The notes beneath the pieces are model-generated. The model had not been told where the DNA came from, made no database searches, and worked only from the letters and a program-made list of their open reading frames with translations. Source: Octopus vulgaris (lineage: Eukaryota). From it: 64,000 bases of DNA. The position numbers and the translations under genes are program-made. Where the stretch lies: contig OX597821.1 of assembly GCA_951406725.2 (NCBI GenBank), forward strand, positions 74,586,001-74,650,000. Reading direction: 5' to 3'. This document shows, piece by piece, positions 27,201 to 42,822 of this stretch. Every line of letters begins with the position of its first letter. The stretch's first letter is position 1.

Positions 27201-28151
27201 AAATAAACTAAAACTAATAAAAATAAAAACAAAGTGATGGTCAAATAAAGAGTGCGTGTGTTTAATTGGGAAAAGATGACCATAGATAGATATAATACTG
27301 TCTATAATATGTTTTATACACACACACACACACACACAAATGTATACTATACAAGCAATTTACGAAGGACGCAAAGATTTAAGGTAAGAAAAACATGTTA
27401 GCATTTGATTGAAATACGTGCTTAAAAGGGATCGCACATGAGGTTTAGTTTAGGTGTGTCTGTCTACATTAGTTGGCCAGTTTAATAATGTCTGCTTTTG
27501 TTCAGGACAAATCTAGATGTCGTACAATAGGTTGTAAAGTTACAAATATTAGTTATGAAATAATATGGTCCCGTGAAAAACCTGCTAGTTTACGGCAGCG
27601 CGTTAATAGACTTTCCTATCAACGCTGTCTTTTTTTTTATATATTTGATAAAGTGAATCTAATATATATATATAAATAACACGTCCTTCCTATTTTAAGA
27701 CAATAGGTAAATTTGGTTGATATTTCTAGCAGATTGAGTGACTGCTTGAGGTTGTTTCGTTGAATAAAATTGGTGGCAAAACTATCTTCCATTGAATGAT
27801 AGCTGCAGGGAATATAGTATTGTCATGTCAAACAAGGATATCAATAACAAGAATGGGCAGAGTTTCGACATTAGCACGTTCCACGTTCACAAAGTTATTA
27901 ATAGAAAGCCGAGTTAGCTTGTCCAGTCAATGATTTGTCTCTCCTATCAACTTACGCGTTTATTACTTTCTAAAGGAGAGAGAAAAATGTCGTATTTTGT
28001 AGTAAAAAAAAATTCATGGAAAAAAATAGGATGTTTTTTAATATTTATTTTCTTTCCTGTTTTTTGCTACTTTGTAATGTTAATACCGACGTGCTTACAT
28101 GTATGTAGAAACACACATACATATACATGTGTGTGTTGGTAGCTGCGCATG

Positions 28152-28633
<482 letters not shown>

Positions 28634-28772
28634 TATATATATATATATGTGTATTTCTAACAACCAGGATTGAAGGAAGAGTTACCAACTTTGAATTTTT
28701 ATAGTGTTTTTGTTTGCCTTTGTTTTAGTCTTCGACGGCGATATTTTAGTAACTCAGAAATAGATGTTACTA

Positions 28773-28845
<73 letters not shown>

Positions 28846-28879
28846 TACGTGTGTGTGTGTGTTTGTGTGTGTGTGTGTA

Positions 28880-29090
28880 TGTTGGTGTGCTTGTGTTTGT
28901 CCCCCACCATCGCTTGACAATTGATGTTGGTGTGTTTAGTTCCCCGTAACTTAGTGGTTCGGCAAAAGGGACCGATAGAATAAGTACTAGACTTACAAAG
29001 AATAAGTCTTGGAGTTCGATTTGTTCAACTAAAAGCAGTGCTCCAGCATGGCCACAGTCAAATGTCTGAAACGAATGAAAGAATAAAAGA
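28880..29090 (+). mobile_element. SINE family B 3' portion
   Basis: ttgtgtttgtcccccaccatcgcttgacaa...gctccagcatggccacagtcaaatg. Confidence 0.8.
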
Positions 29091-29429
29091 AATGTTGACA
29101 ACATTTGGCAAAGCACTTGTGAGCACCTTCATTGAAACTGTTGAGAGACGGTATTCCTCAAATAACCAACACTAAAGAGTTCATGCAACGCTTGTCAATG
29201 CAAAAGCGAAGATTTTTGTAATGTTTCTGTGATAGTACAAGTATAACACAGCGCAAGAAGACTAACTCAGTTCTCTTGGTTGAAAGCGTGTGAGATAAGT
29301 GACGCTGCAAACGACATCCTTTATGGTCACTTGGGTTTATGACTCCAGTGAGAGGTTTTTATGGTGGGAAAGTGATTGAGTTCTTATTTTGATTGACACA
29401 AACATTTCAGATGGAAGTTCTACTGCGAA

Positions 29430-31150
29430 ACGAAGGGAAACTGTAAGTCAAGACCGGTATAGCTAAAGTATTGATCACTTCGATCCTGTTTCTTGCGTTC
29501 AGCTCTGGCTTGAGCATTTCCCTCATCCTGCGATAGCATTCTTTGATGATCTTTTCCCTCATCATTGAATGTTTGATTTCATCACCTTCAAATACGCAAG
29601 AAGCTAGAACCGGCCTAGGGTCGCAAAATTTCAGGCCATTTTGCAAGAGCAGTGTAAAAGAGATGAAAGAGGCCGTGGTATACGAAGTGAGAAAAGAGGA
29701 AGAAGAAAGGGGAAATGTACATTTGGTGCAATGCAGTCAACAGGGACAGTGCCTGAGATGGGAGGAATATGTGATCAACCGCAGAATATCATGGAAGGAA
29801 CTGTGGGCTTGGGATCAAGCAAGAACATCCTTCCTGATCAAGTCTACCTTCGACGTTCTACCCTCACCGGCGAACTTAGTCCGGTGGAACATAAACAAAA
29901 CCGATGAATGTAGATGCGGAGAGAAAGCGACGGTTAGACATGTTCTGTCAAGTTGCAGACTAGCACTTGAAAGCTATACATGGCGGCATAATCAAGTCCT
30001 CGGTGTCATAAGCGTAGCACTCAAGGAGAAGATCGAGAGGTACAATAGGGGAGAGTACCCAAAAGTAGAAAAGCGCAGGAAAGTATACTTCCACAAGGAG
30101 GGAAAAGGTTATAAAACCAGGCCTACAAGTAAAGTATACGAGATAGACGAAAGATGGAAGGGATACTGGGAGGTGGCCACGGACTTGGAAAGACAAGTAG
30201 TATTTCCACTAATAAAAACAACAAAAAGACCGGATTTAGTTCTATGGAACAGAGACCGGAGAATGGGAATTTTACTAGAACTGACAGTACCTTGGGAAGA
30301 GAACATCGGCAATGCAGAGGAACGAAAGGAGAAGAGGTATGAAAAGCTAATCAAAGAATGCAGAGAACAGAGATGGAATGTCGAATATTATCACCTGGCA
30401 ATGGGGCTAGAGGCTACATTGAAAAGAAAATGACAACGCTTTTCAAAAGAAGATTTGTTTTTTCTAGCCCCGAGCTGCGTAAACTAATAAGGAGAGTAGA
30501 GGAAGCGGTCGTAAAAGCCAGCTTCTATATATGGCTGAAGCGTGAAGACCGAAAATGGCTTGAAAGTCATAAACACGCCGACGGAAAATAACATCATTAG
30601 GTGAGACAAGCTGACTGAATCAGCTTCGCTGACTGACAGGTAACAGTCGTTTAGAAAAAGCGCGGGCTAAAACTACGCGCCTTCACTAGTCAGTTAAGGT
30701 GAGACGGTGTCACGCGACAACTTGCTGGGGCTGACTGCTGGAGCATATGCAGCAGGTATATAAAGGGAGAATTTTGACAAGACAGTCAGTCACAGGCTGA
30801 CACTCGCTGACGACACATCGAAGAGGCCAGGGAACAGAAGAAAGAAGAAGAAAGAAGACATGCACCCAACACCAGAGCTGAAGACACCTCCGAAAGGGGG
30901 CCCCGCCACGTCAAAACGGTAGAGGAGTAGGGGCCGAAACCGGACGTGGTTCCTCCTGATGATGTCTTGAGCTAACTGGATCCTATAAAGGAGCTGTTGT
31001 GGTAGCAGACCACGAAACACGGTTGTAATTCCACCTTCAAATACCCCTAGGTATTCATAGCTCTCCGCTGGTTTTTACTCGTTTATGACATTGTTACTCA
31101 AGTGTAACGTTGAATGCTTCTGTCATTTTCCCCCCTGTCTCTAAGTTTCT
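29430..31150 (-). mobile_element. Decayed R4/Dong-type LINE RT fragment, split by the Hero insertion (parts 29430-29595 and 31032-31150)
   Basis: Right part ...KPAESYEYLGVFEG joins left part VFEGDEIKHSMMREKIIKECYRR...ELNARNRIEVINTLAIPVLTYSF; homologous to 33900-34100. Confidence 0.8.
29596..31031 (+). mobile_element. 5'-truncated Hero/NeSL-like non-LTR retrotransposon (CCHC knuckle plus REL endonuclease) with a 13-bp TSD
   Basis: DVLPSPANLVRW, CRCGEKATVRHVLSSC, YTWRHNQVL, RPDLVLW, ELTVPWEE, RKEKRY. One frameshift near 30400, stop at 30591. caccttcaaatac occurs at 29583-29595 and 31032-31044. Confidence 0.9.
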
Positions 31151-31201
31151 GAAGAAAATTCCTCGTGTAAATCGAAGAGAAAGCGGCAGCAAGAAGATCA
31201 G

Positions 31202-31466
31202 TTTGTAGTAAAGATTGTATGCCAACATAACATGGCAGTCCTGGTTTAGGAAGAATGTTGCTGTAATTTAGCCCCAGGAGACGTTGTCTCCAGCTGGCTA
31301 TACGACACGATCTGTGTCCTTATATTTTCGAACAAGGGAATCTAGCACCCCCACAGATTGTGTCGTATAGTCAGCTGGAGACGATGTCTCCTGGGGATAA
31401 ATTACAGCAACATTCTTCCTAAACCAGGACTGCCATGTTATATTGGCAAATAATATTTACTCCAAA
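31202..31466. repeat. Palindromic MITE-like element, ~115-bp arms and 35-bp spacer
   Basis: 31202-31316 is the reverse complement of 31352-31466 with few mismatches. Confidence 0.9.
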
Positions 31467-32103
31467 GTACTGTTGCTGAATATCTCTCGTTGTGAGATTT
31501 CTAAGATCAGTTTGGTAAAACTTTTTTTTTTTCAAAATCAGACTATAGAGAAGGAAAGAAAAATATCCAAACTCGATTATATAGGAAGGGAATTGTTAAT
31601 GGATGTTCAATCATTTTAATCAGTTCAATGTGGATTTAGCATTGTTATTGATTTTCTGTAAGCTAAGAGAAATGAACTGGATATCAAAAGATTCGGTAAT
31701 TTAAAGATAAACAAAGTTTATCACGCGAATTCAACGAATCTTTGAGTCAACAGCACTGAGGTTTGGTTTTCTAATTCCGAATTGAGTCCCCGATGAAATG
31801 CTTTATTCATATCATTGCAATTACTTTAACGATCGTTATATTGTTGCGTAATGATCGCATGGTTGACAAAATTTGTACTTAACAAGTTCAAACAGGGCAC
31901 TTAAGTGGAAACAACTAGCCAAACACATGTGTATCTATGAATATGTGTGTGTGTATACATACATACATACATACATACATACATACATACATTAATACAT
32001 ACATACACACACACATGTATATGAAATGTTTGAAAATCGAGAATGAGACCCAATGTAACTATAGCAGACTACTTTCCATAAGACAGAAAGTCACAGGGAA
32101 ACA

Positions 32104-32203
<100 letters not shown>

Positions 32204-32209
32204 ATAATA

Positions 32210-32765
32210 AATGCCCAGATGCAGTACCAGGCAGTGGTTCTCATGGCTTCTGGTCTTAACTGATTGGAAGTGTTATCATGTACGTTGTTTTGACTTAGTA
32301 TATAAGATGGGCTACAGCAAATATTCTGCTCAATACCTCATCTTTTCTTGTCAGTTGTTCGACCGTAGCCAGTTGAGCATGTCCTTTGTGGCTGACGATA
32401 TGTGCATCTCTGATCAAGAGCAGAAGTAGTGGGGGAGCATCATAGCCATGTGTTGAAAAAATTCTTTGGGGTTTGAATAATTCATATTTGGAAACATGGG
32501 TGTTTCGTTCAGCATCCCTAAACAACCCTTATTCAGGGACCTTTTGAGCAGGATGGATTACTCAACCAGAAGAAAATTCTAACTGGGCCCCACCTGCAAG
32601 GTCATATGCTGTTTATCTTGATATGAGATCACCATGTCGCGCACATATCGTTGTGATGCATGTAACTAGTGCACCCTTACCAGACGGGTAGTCATGATGG
32701 GTATACTGGGCTTCGTATATTTTACCCTAGTGTCACTTTGATGGCATGCCCAGCTCTGTCACTCA
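32210..32765. mobile_element. Unclassified ~555-bp element inserted in (TAA)n, possibly the UTR or a non-autonomous partner of a Dong-type LINE
   Basis: Complex sequence sharply bounded by (TAA)n on both sides; no credible ORF. Confidence 0.4.
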
Positions 32766-32788
32766 ATAATAATAATAATAATAATAAT

Positions 32789-33290
32789 CAGTGCAGAATC
32801 TGTGGACAAAATGGTGAAACCGTATGGCATATTACCAGTTAATGTACGCCACTATCCCAGAAGGAATATAAGATACGCCACGACAATATAGCAAGGATTG
32901 TTCATTGGACACTTTGCAACAATATGGACCTGAGAGAGAAAATAATTGGTACGGTCAAAAACCCGAAGGCATCATCGAAAATGATAATGCAATGATCCTG
33001 TGGGATTTTATGATTCAGTGTGACCATGAGATAGAGAATAGGAAGCCAGACATAGTCTTAATTGAGAAAGAAAGTAAACTATCCTGGATCATAGACATAG
33101 CTTGCCCAGCTGACAACAAGGTATGCGATAAGGAAGAAAGAAAAATCGGTAAATATGACAAGTTAGTTTGGGAGGTAAAGCAGTTGTGGTCGATGAAAAT
33201 GGTGGTAGTGGTACCAATAATCGTCGGAGCCCTGAGAACAGTGAGCAAAAATCTCCAGAAGTACGTGGAAGAAATAGGTGACCGTGGACT
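32789..33290 (+). mobile_element. R4/Dong-type LINE C-terminal fragment (second subfamily)
   Basis: CRICGQNGETVWHITS*C, RHDNIAR, ILWDF, RKPDIV, IIDIACP, KIGKYDKL, PIIVGAL; begins directly after (TAA)n. Confidence 0.85.
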
Positions 33291-33461
33291 TTTACAAATG
33301 AAATTAATAATGAAGATTGCTGGAATTTACCTGAACACTTACCTGAAAAACACTGATGACTGGATGCTAAAACTTGTCTAAAATATAAAAATAATGATGA
33401 TGACGATAACAACAACAACACAACAACAACAACAACAATAATAATAATAATAATAATAATA

Positions 33462-35511
<2,050 letters not shown>

Positions 35512-36708
35512 TAATAATAATAACAACAATAATAATAATAAAGGAGGAAGAAAGCAGCAAGGAAAAGCTGTTGCGCCTTCACATGTCCTTCAGCAACATG
35601 TAGGCCCTGCTTTGAGATTTGTGGTTACCAAGATATATTCGAGTATATATTCCTTAATAAACAGGCACCAGACAGAAACGATGAGCAGCGAAGACTAGGT
35701 AGAGTTGTATAAACATATTCTGTACATGTAAATAATATCTTTTTGAGTCACATTTAGTTTGTCAAGCAGTTTGATCTCAAATTATGTGTTGGGAGTAAAA
35801 CAGAGGCATTGCTTTGTGTTAGCCATTAAATCCGTACACACATTCTGTTCTATTTGCTTTTACTGTCTAACAATTTGATTAGTTATCAAAGTGTTTCGTG
35901 GTACATCTCCGATCTGGTCACTGATAATCTACTTTATCGTGTGTCTAATAACTGTCCGCTTGCTGATCATCATCAAGATGATAGCCAAATGGCATGGCAA
36001 CGATGTTAACATAAGGCAATTTAACCTTCAGTCTCGCTTATGAATAGCTGACTTGCTATTAACTCTGATTACACTGTATGTTGGCTTTCATATGCACATC
36101 AACGGAAGCCGCCGATATATGAAGGACGTTCATTCACGACTTCTCTCTCTCTCTCCCTCCCACTCTCTTTCCTCTCTCTCTCTCCCTCCCTCTCTCTTTC
36201 CTCTCACTCTCTCTCTCTTTCTCTCTCTCTCTCAATCTCGCTCTCTGTCACGTTCTACGTCAATATTACATCTCACTACTTTTTGCACCTTATTTCTTAC
36301 AGACTCCGTCCCCGCTGTTCTTCTCCCTCTCTCTCTCTCTGATTACTCTAGCTATGCCTCAACAATTCCCTCGTCTTTCTGCCGTATTGCTATGGCAAGA
36401 CTTCTCAATCAAACCGTCAGAAGGCATCGATTGAATATCTCCCTGTAAATAGCATCGCTGATCGATGTCTCACGCTTTTTCGTCTACCTCATATTCTTTT
36501 CTCTTCGTCTATATCTCCTTCATTACTTCTCCTTCTTCTCTTCCTGTCCCTCCCCGTTCGCCTCCCCCTTTTCTCCCCCACCATAAATTTTATTCATATT
36601 GTTATTTTTTGCTTTTATAAAATATTCCATTTCTTATTTTCGCTATCAAAACTGGGACTTATAAAACTTAATGTCATCACCAGCTCTCAGAATAATTTTT
36701 GCAAAAAT

Positions 36709-36750
<42 letters not shown>

Positions 36751-37184
36751 CTCGTTAGTTATCTATCTATTTATATATTTCCTTCATTTTTATCATTTCT
36801 CCTTGTTTTTCTTTCTTTTAAAGTTTGTCTTGAATTTTAAAAAAATTCTTTGATTTCTTTGATCTCCTTCTTAGACTTTTCCCTATGTTATTATTTAACT
36901 TCTTTATTGCCTTTTATTACGTATTTTTGTGCAGCGGAAAAATATTTCCAATGAATGTAATCTTCAAACGCACAATTTATCTATCACAGTTAAACTTCCA
37001 CAAACCAGCACACGCTTACACTCACTTTGGCTAGTCTCATATATCAGAAAAGTTTAAAACGGATAATTATATACATTTGTTTCAAACTCTCTCCGCCCAC
37101 TCTCTCAGTCCATATGTCTGTCTATCTAGTCACATATCTATACGTGTATTACTTAACCTCTCTTGCTTTTCTGTCTTTCTCTCT

Positions 37185-37247
37185 TTATATATACACACAT
37201 ACATACATACATACATACATATATACATACATACATACATACATACA

Positions 37248-37281
<34 letters not shown>

Positions 37282-37324
37282 CATACATATATATATATAT
37301 ATTATATATATATATATATTTATA

Positions 37325-37361
<37 letters not shown>

Positions 37362-37379
37362 CATATATACATATATATA

Positions 37380-37476
<97 letters not shown>

Positions 37477-37500
37477 TATATGTGTGAGTGTGTGTGTGTA
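37185..37500. repeat. (TACA)n/(TA)n microsatellite
   Basis: Read directly. Confidence 0.95.
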
Positions 37501-37589
37501 TCTGTTCCTCAGTCTTTCTATTTTCTGCCTGTTTTCACAACTATTTACCAATTTATCAATAATCTCCTACCTGGTGAGAAAATGTCCAT

Positions 37590-38370
37590 ACATACAAGCA
37601 GAGGTACCATGTATCCCAAAGAACCTTATGATGTGGGGTATAAAAGAAGCCCCATCCTGAAAGTCGTGTGGAGCAACCTTTTTGCACCCTGAACCACATT
37701 TTGACCGGATGCCCTACGGCACTGGGAGAAGGCCTATTCAAATAGAAACATGATAAGGTCCTTTGCAAAATTGGTAAGTGGATTGATCTGAAAAATGTGA
37801 TGGCAAATAAACAGTAGTCTGCACCAGCAAAGGGTTTCAAATTATCAAAGGAAAGCACCAAGGCTCCCAAGATGAAAGGAATGACAGGTGGCTCGTTTTC
37901 TATTTTATATTCAGCCTCAAACCGTGAGGTGCAAGTGGACCTGGAGTGCAGACTTGTCTTCCCAGTGGAGATTGAAATAACATTACACCGACCAGATAAT
38001 TTGCTACTCTCCTAGTCGAACTCACAGTTCCCTTAGAGAACAGGGAACACAATCAGAATTTGGCCGAGGATGTCCGTGTCAAGGGATGGCATGCGGCCTC
38101 GTTCCAGATTGGTGTTGGCTGCCGCGGCTATCTAGCTGGATCAGTGTGTTATTTCCTGTATAAGTTATTTCTGGAACCCAGACAACTGAAGAAGACTAAC
38201 TAGGAGATAGACACGGCAGTTGAAACAAGCTCATGGTGGATATAGTTGATAAGAGACAGTAAGTCGAACCCTTCCACAACCAAACACTAGTTCAGTCCTC
38301 GCTAAGGGAAAAAACGCTTGTGACCCGGAGATACCTGATGACGATACGAGTTTCCAGCATTGCAATGGGT
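37590..38370 (+). mobile_element. Heavily decayed Hero-like LINE 3' end
   Basis: [34 protein letters not shown] motifs with stops and frameshifts; collinear with 29870-30550. Confidence 0.75.
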
Positions 38371-38449
38371 TTAGAAGAAAAGCTTGCAAAACCTCTGAGT
38401 AGATCCTGCAGATTCTGCATTTGGCAAAACATCTCCGAAATTTATTTCA

Positions 38450-38610
38450 CTAGGCGAGGCTGTGTGGTAAGAAGCTTGCTTCCCAGCCATATGGTTCCGG
38501 GTTCAGACCTACTGCGCGGAACATTAGGCAAAGTGCCTTTTTCTATAGCCTCAGGCCGACCAAAGGCTTGTGAGTGGATTTGGTAGACGGAAACTGAAAG
38601 AAGCACCTCG

Positions 38611-38676
<66 letters not shown>

Positions 38677-38885
38677 TGTGTTTGTCCGCCCACTTTCGCT
38701 GACAACCGATATTGGCATGTTTGCGTACCCGTAACTTCGCAGTTCTGAAAAGAAATCGATAGAATAAATACCAGGCCTACAATGAATAATCCTGGGGTCG
38801 AATTGTTCGGCTTGAAAGACAGTGCTCCAGCATGGCCGCAGTCAAATGACTGAAAGAGACAAAACAATAAAAGAATTAAAGAATA
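38450..38885 (+). mobile_element. Near full-length SINE family B (tRNA head, internal (TA)(TG) microsatellite, 3' domain)
   Basis: ggctgtgtggtaagaagcttgcttccc...ggttccgggttcag...ggcaaagtg; homologous to the minus-strand copies at 47925 and 54240. Confidence 0.85.
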
Positions 38886-38928
38886 TACATAAATTATAAA
38901 TAGATGTACATATATAAATATATATATA

Positions 38929-39225
38929 TGTTGTGATGAGAACCACGACACCCAGTCGCGAGAAATAGACTGGACCGAGCGATTATAAATAGTAGCGGTC
39001 GGAGTGAAGTCCCCTTAGCGAGGACTGAACTAGTGTTTGGTTGTGGAAGGGTTCGAGTTGAGTTCGCAGTGAAGTCGGAAAGTGTCGGTTGATTAATTCA
39101 TTTGGAATATTGATTGTTGGTTCGTGAAGAGATGGTTGGATCGTTACGTTGTTATTACGGCTGTACCATTGTCTTGTTTACTGGTACTACACTAGCACAG
39201 TGTATCTAAATCATCCGTCACAATA
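38929..39225 (+). repeat. 5' LTR of a Ty3/Gypsy element
   Basis: tgttgtga...tcacaata inverted ends, TATA-like ttataaata near 38983, then PBS-like cgtggcg and gag. Confidence 0.7.
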
Positions 39226-41060
39226 CGTGGCGGTACTGCGACATCTGGAGACGGAGGAACGACATCTGGAGACGAAGGCTTCGACGGTCACGTAGGTTAC
39301 TTCACAATCTATTCGTGATACAACTAAAGACCTATTAGCTTCTATAATACAGTTGCAAAAGCAACAAGAAGAACAACAACAGAAGTTGAAGAAGCAACCA
39401 GCATAGTAACAACTACAACAGCAACAACAATTATTGGAGGTATACGCCAAGAAGTCCGAAAATGCGGTAAGTTCCTTTTCGCCAGACAGCGTATCGAACT
39501 CCATAACAGAATTCAGTTATAACTCAGAAGAGGGTATAACTTTTGCAGCGTACTACGAAGAAAATGTAAGGTTATAATTACGTAAATTAGCTCCGTCTGA
39601 GTATGACTGATACTGTAATTTCGTATTGCCCAGAAAGTCTGGTGAAATTTGTTTTCAGGAAACAATCAAATTACTCTCTAACATGTTTGGTGATAAAACT
39701 TCTCTATTTATCACTCGAATAGAGTTTTGGAATTTAATTAAAAAAGAGGATGATGACCTTTATTAAGTATGCAGGAACAGTCAACAGAACGTGTGGAAGT
39801 TTTAAACTTAAAAAAACTTGCTCCTGAGATGTTTAAGTGCCTCATTTTTGTACAAGGCCTTACAGCAAATGAAGATACAGAAATAAGGTCAAGAAGTCTT
39901 TCAAAACTTGAACAAGCGAACCAAGATTTAACCCCACAGACCGTTGCAGTAGAGTATCAAAGGATTGTAAACCTAGCGTAAGAAAAATTCAAGAAAAGGA
40001 TTTCGCAAAAATTCAGATATGTCGACCGAGAAAGTATAACCAAAGAAGATTGCGAGGTCCTAATGTATGTTACGGATGTGGAGACCTACATTTCAGGAAA
40101 GATCGTTCTTTTAAAAACCAAAAATGTTACAGTTGTCAAAAATTTGGACAGAAGAGTTCACACTACAGAACAAAAGTACGAAGGTCAAATGCAAAAAAAT
40201 TCTAAAGTGCTGTCAGTAGAAATTAAAATCGACTCCCAAATAAGGAAATTTGTACATTGTAAAAGTAAAGAGAGTAAATATCAAATTACAAGTGGATACG
40301 AGTAGTGACATTTCAATCACTAATACCGACAGGTGGAAGAAAATAGGGAAACCTATGTTAAGAAAAACAGCGAAAATGAGCGTCATGGGTGACAAACTAC
40401 ACTTTAGGCAAAATGTTGAATGATGTCAGATTTCGAGGAAAAACTTGAAAGGTGAAAGTTTCCGTCGTAAAGACGCAACCAATCTGTTTGATACCGACTG
40501 GTTGGAGTTATTTGACTTATGAGATCTTCCAATAAACCGGTACTGTAAAAATTAATTGGTTGCATCACCAGTGAAAAGAACTCAGCAGCTGAATAGAAGA
40601 AAAATAACTAAAAACGTTATGTGTAATGTTATTCACGAACTGCCAGTGGCAGCGCATGATATAATAATGAAATCTGTAGAGGAGAATTACATTACAAGGA
40701 TGAAAGAAGTGTTGAAAAATAAGCAAAATAAAAATACAGATTCGAATAATTGTTCACGATGCGATGATATTTTAATGTGCGCGTAAAGAGTGTAGGAATT
40801 CCACAGTGGACACCTAGGAATGCCGAGAACGAAAGGCTTAATGAGGAGCTATGTATATTGGCCGACTATGGACCGACACATTGAAAATTGTGTAAAACCA
40901 AGCAGAGGTTGTGTGCTAGCAACCAGAGCACCACCGGTGAAATACGAGCCGTGGCCTAAGATAGATAGCCCGTGGTCCAGGGAACATATCAACTACGCTG
41001 GACAGGCGAATGGCGCATACTATCCAATCGTTTTTGATAGCGGTACAAAGTGGTCATCCA
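38929..41060 (+). mobile_element. Decayed, internally deleted Ty3/Gypsy (K02A2.6/Mag-like) LTR retrotransposon
   Basis: gag-like SVSNSITEFSYNSEEGITFAAYY and FKCLIFVQGL; integrase HSGHLGMPRTKGLMRSYVYWP...WSREHINYAG...DSGTKW. No RT/RNaseH core seen. Confidence 0.85.
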
Positions 41061-42689
41061 CTTCTCTGTACCAGTGACACTTTCTTCATTTCCAATTCGA
41101 AACAAATTCGTCAATTTTCCAGTGGGGTTCCCCAAGCACTTGTCGACGATGCTGCTCTTCCCCGAGCCCAGTCCAACAGTCGTAACATTCATGCTTTCAC
41201 CCTCCTGGAGTTCGAATTCCATCTCCCACCCCTTTCCACTCTCTCAGTTCGCTACTTTACTATTCAAACCGTTACAACTTCTTTTGTCTTCTATTCGACT
41301 CCGCAACTTCTATCTTTCTCAAGTTTCCATTCTTATCCAAACGGATAAGATCTACGCTATCTTTTACTGTTTATTTCATTTACCCATAACCACATCCATC
41401 CCTCTCACCGTTACATGTTCCTGACTTCCATATCTTACTATTCTAATTTTGCCACAAAACGACACCAAATTTATATAAAACACTGTGAAGAACGAAAATT
41501 TCCCGAAACGTTATATTCTTACATATATCTATGTGTGTGACTCTGTGTTTATCAACCTCAACGTAACTTGGCTACCGGTATTGGTTTGTTTGCGTCCTTG
41601 TACTGGGTTCTGTTAGTTTCAAAAAACATTTGATGGTAGTGCCCCAGCATGGCTGCAGCTCAAAGACTGAGACAAGAAAAATATTAAAAATAACAGTGTG
41701 TGCGTGCCTGCGCTCGCGCACGTGTGTGAGTGTACGGGTATATACTAATTTGTATGTGTCTATATGAATAATACACATAGAGGCTACACCTGGGAATTTG
41801 TGTCCGAAGTGGTGTCTTTAGAAACAGCTGCTGTATTCTGCCATGAATCTTAAAGTTACATTCGTTTTTGAGTACATTAAATTATTTTGTTTAAACTCTC
41901 GATAACATGTGTGTGTGTATGTGTTTGTGTGTATGTGTGTTCGTATGTGTGTGTGTTTGTGTGTATGTGTGTTCGTATGTGTGAGAGTGCGCGCGCGCGT
42001 CAGTGTGTATACATGTGACTGTGTATGTATGTATGTGTGTGGGTATACATGTCTTTATGTGTGAGTGCACGTGTTTGAGTGTGTGTAGTGTATGTGTGTT
42101 TGCTGTATGTGTGTATATGTGTGTTTGCATGTGTATGATTATTTATGAAACCGTGTAGGTATTCTTGTGTGGTTTAGACGTACTTTTCTTCCCAACTCGG
42201 TGGACAAGGACATCGTCATCTTTGTTTTGGAAATGAAGGTTCCTATTTCAAATCCAGTCTGAAGATAACCAGATATGAATCTTCCTGAATGGCATTACTG
42301 AAAGAAATATTGTAAAAGTGAATTTAATGATCCAGGAAATTCTAATCTCACCGAAAAAACAATACATCGCAGAGGTGCAGCCATTCATCACTTCACTCCT
42401 CATTGGGTTATTTATCTGACAACAAAGAACCAACCTCTGTGATATTTCACAACACGTCACGCATGACTTACAGTAAATTCTGCAGCTTTTGATCAAGTGC
42501 TTGATAAAAAGACAGAAACAAAACAATGCCGGATATACTTATCTAAAATATAAAGTGTCTCTCTTGTTCTTAGATCCATCTAACATTTAGAAACCTAGAG
42601 TGGTCCGCCAGTTCCATTCTCTCATGTAAACCTACTCACCTTGCGACAACGCTCTGTTTTAACGCTGCTGTGTATTATGTCTTTTGTTT

Positions 42690-42779
42690 ATATCTTTGTA
42701 ATCTGTACATTTTTAGTAGAAAGATTGTAACAATTACAGTTTAATTCCTTTATTATTCTCGAAGATGTATACCATAAGC

Positions 42780-42822
<43 letters not shown>

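Noticed and set aside
41485-41520. ctgtgaaga...ccgaaacgtt hammerhead-like remnant (similar traces at 4360-4395 on - and 21835-21875)
   Set aside because: Core or stem II too decayed to support, although they may be old Penelope termini.
42190-42560. Possible decayed coding fragment
   Set aside because: No assignable domain on either strand.
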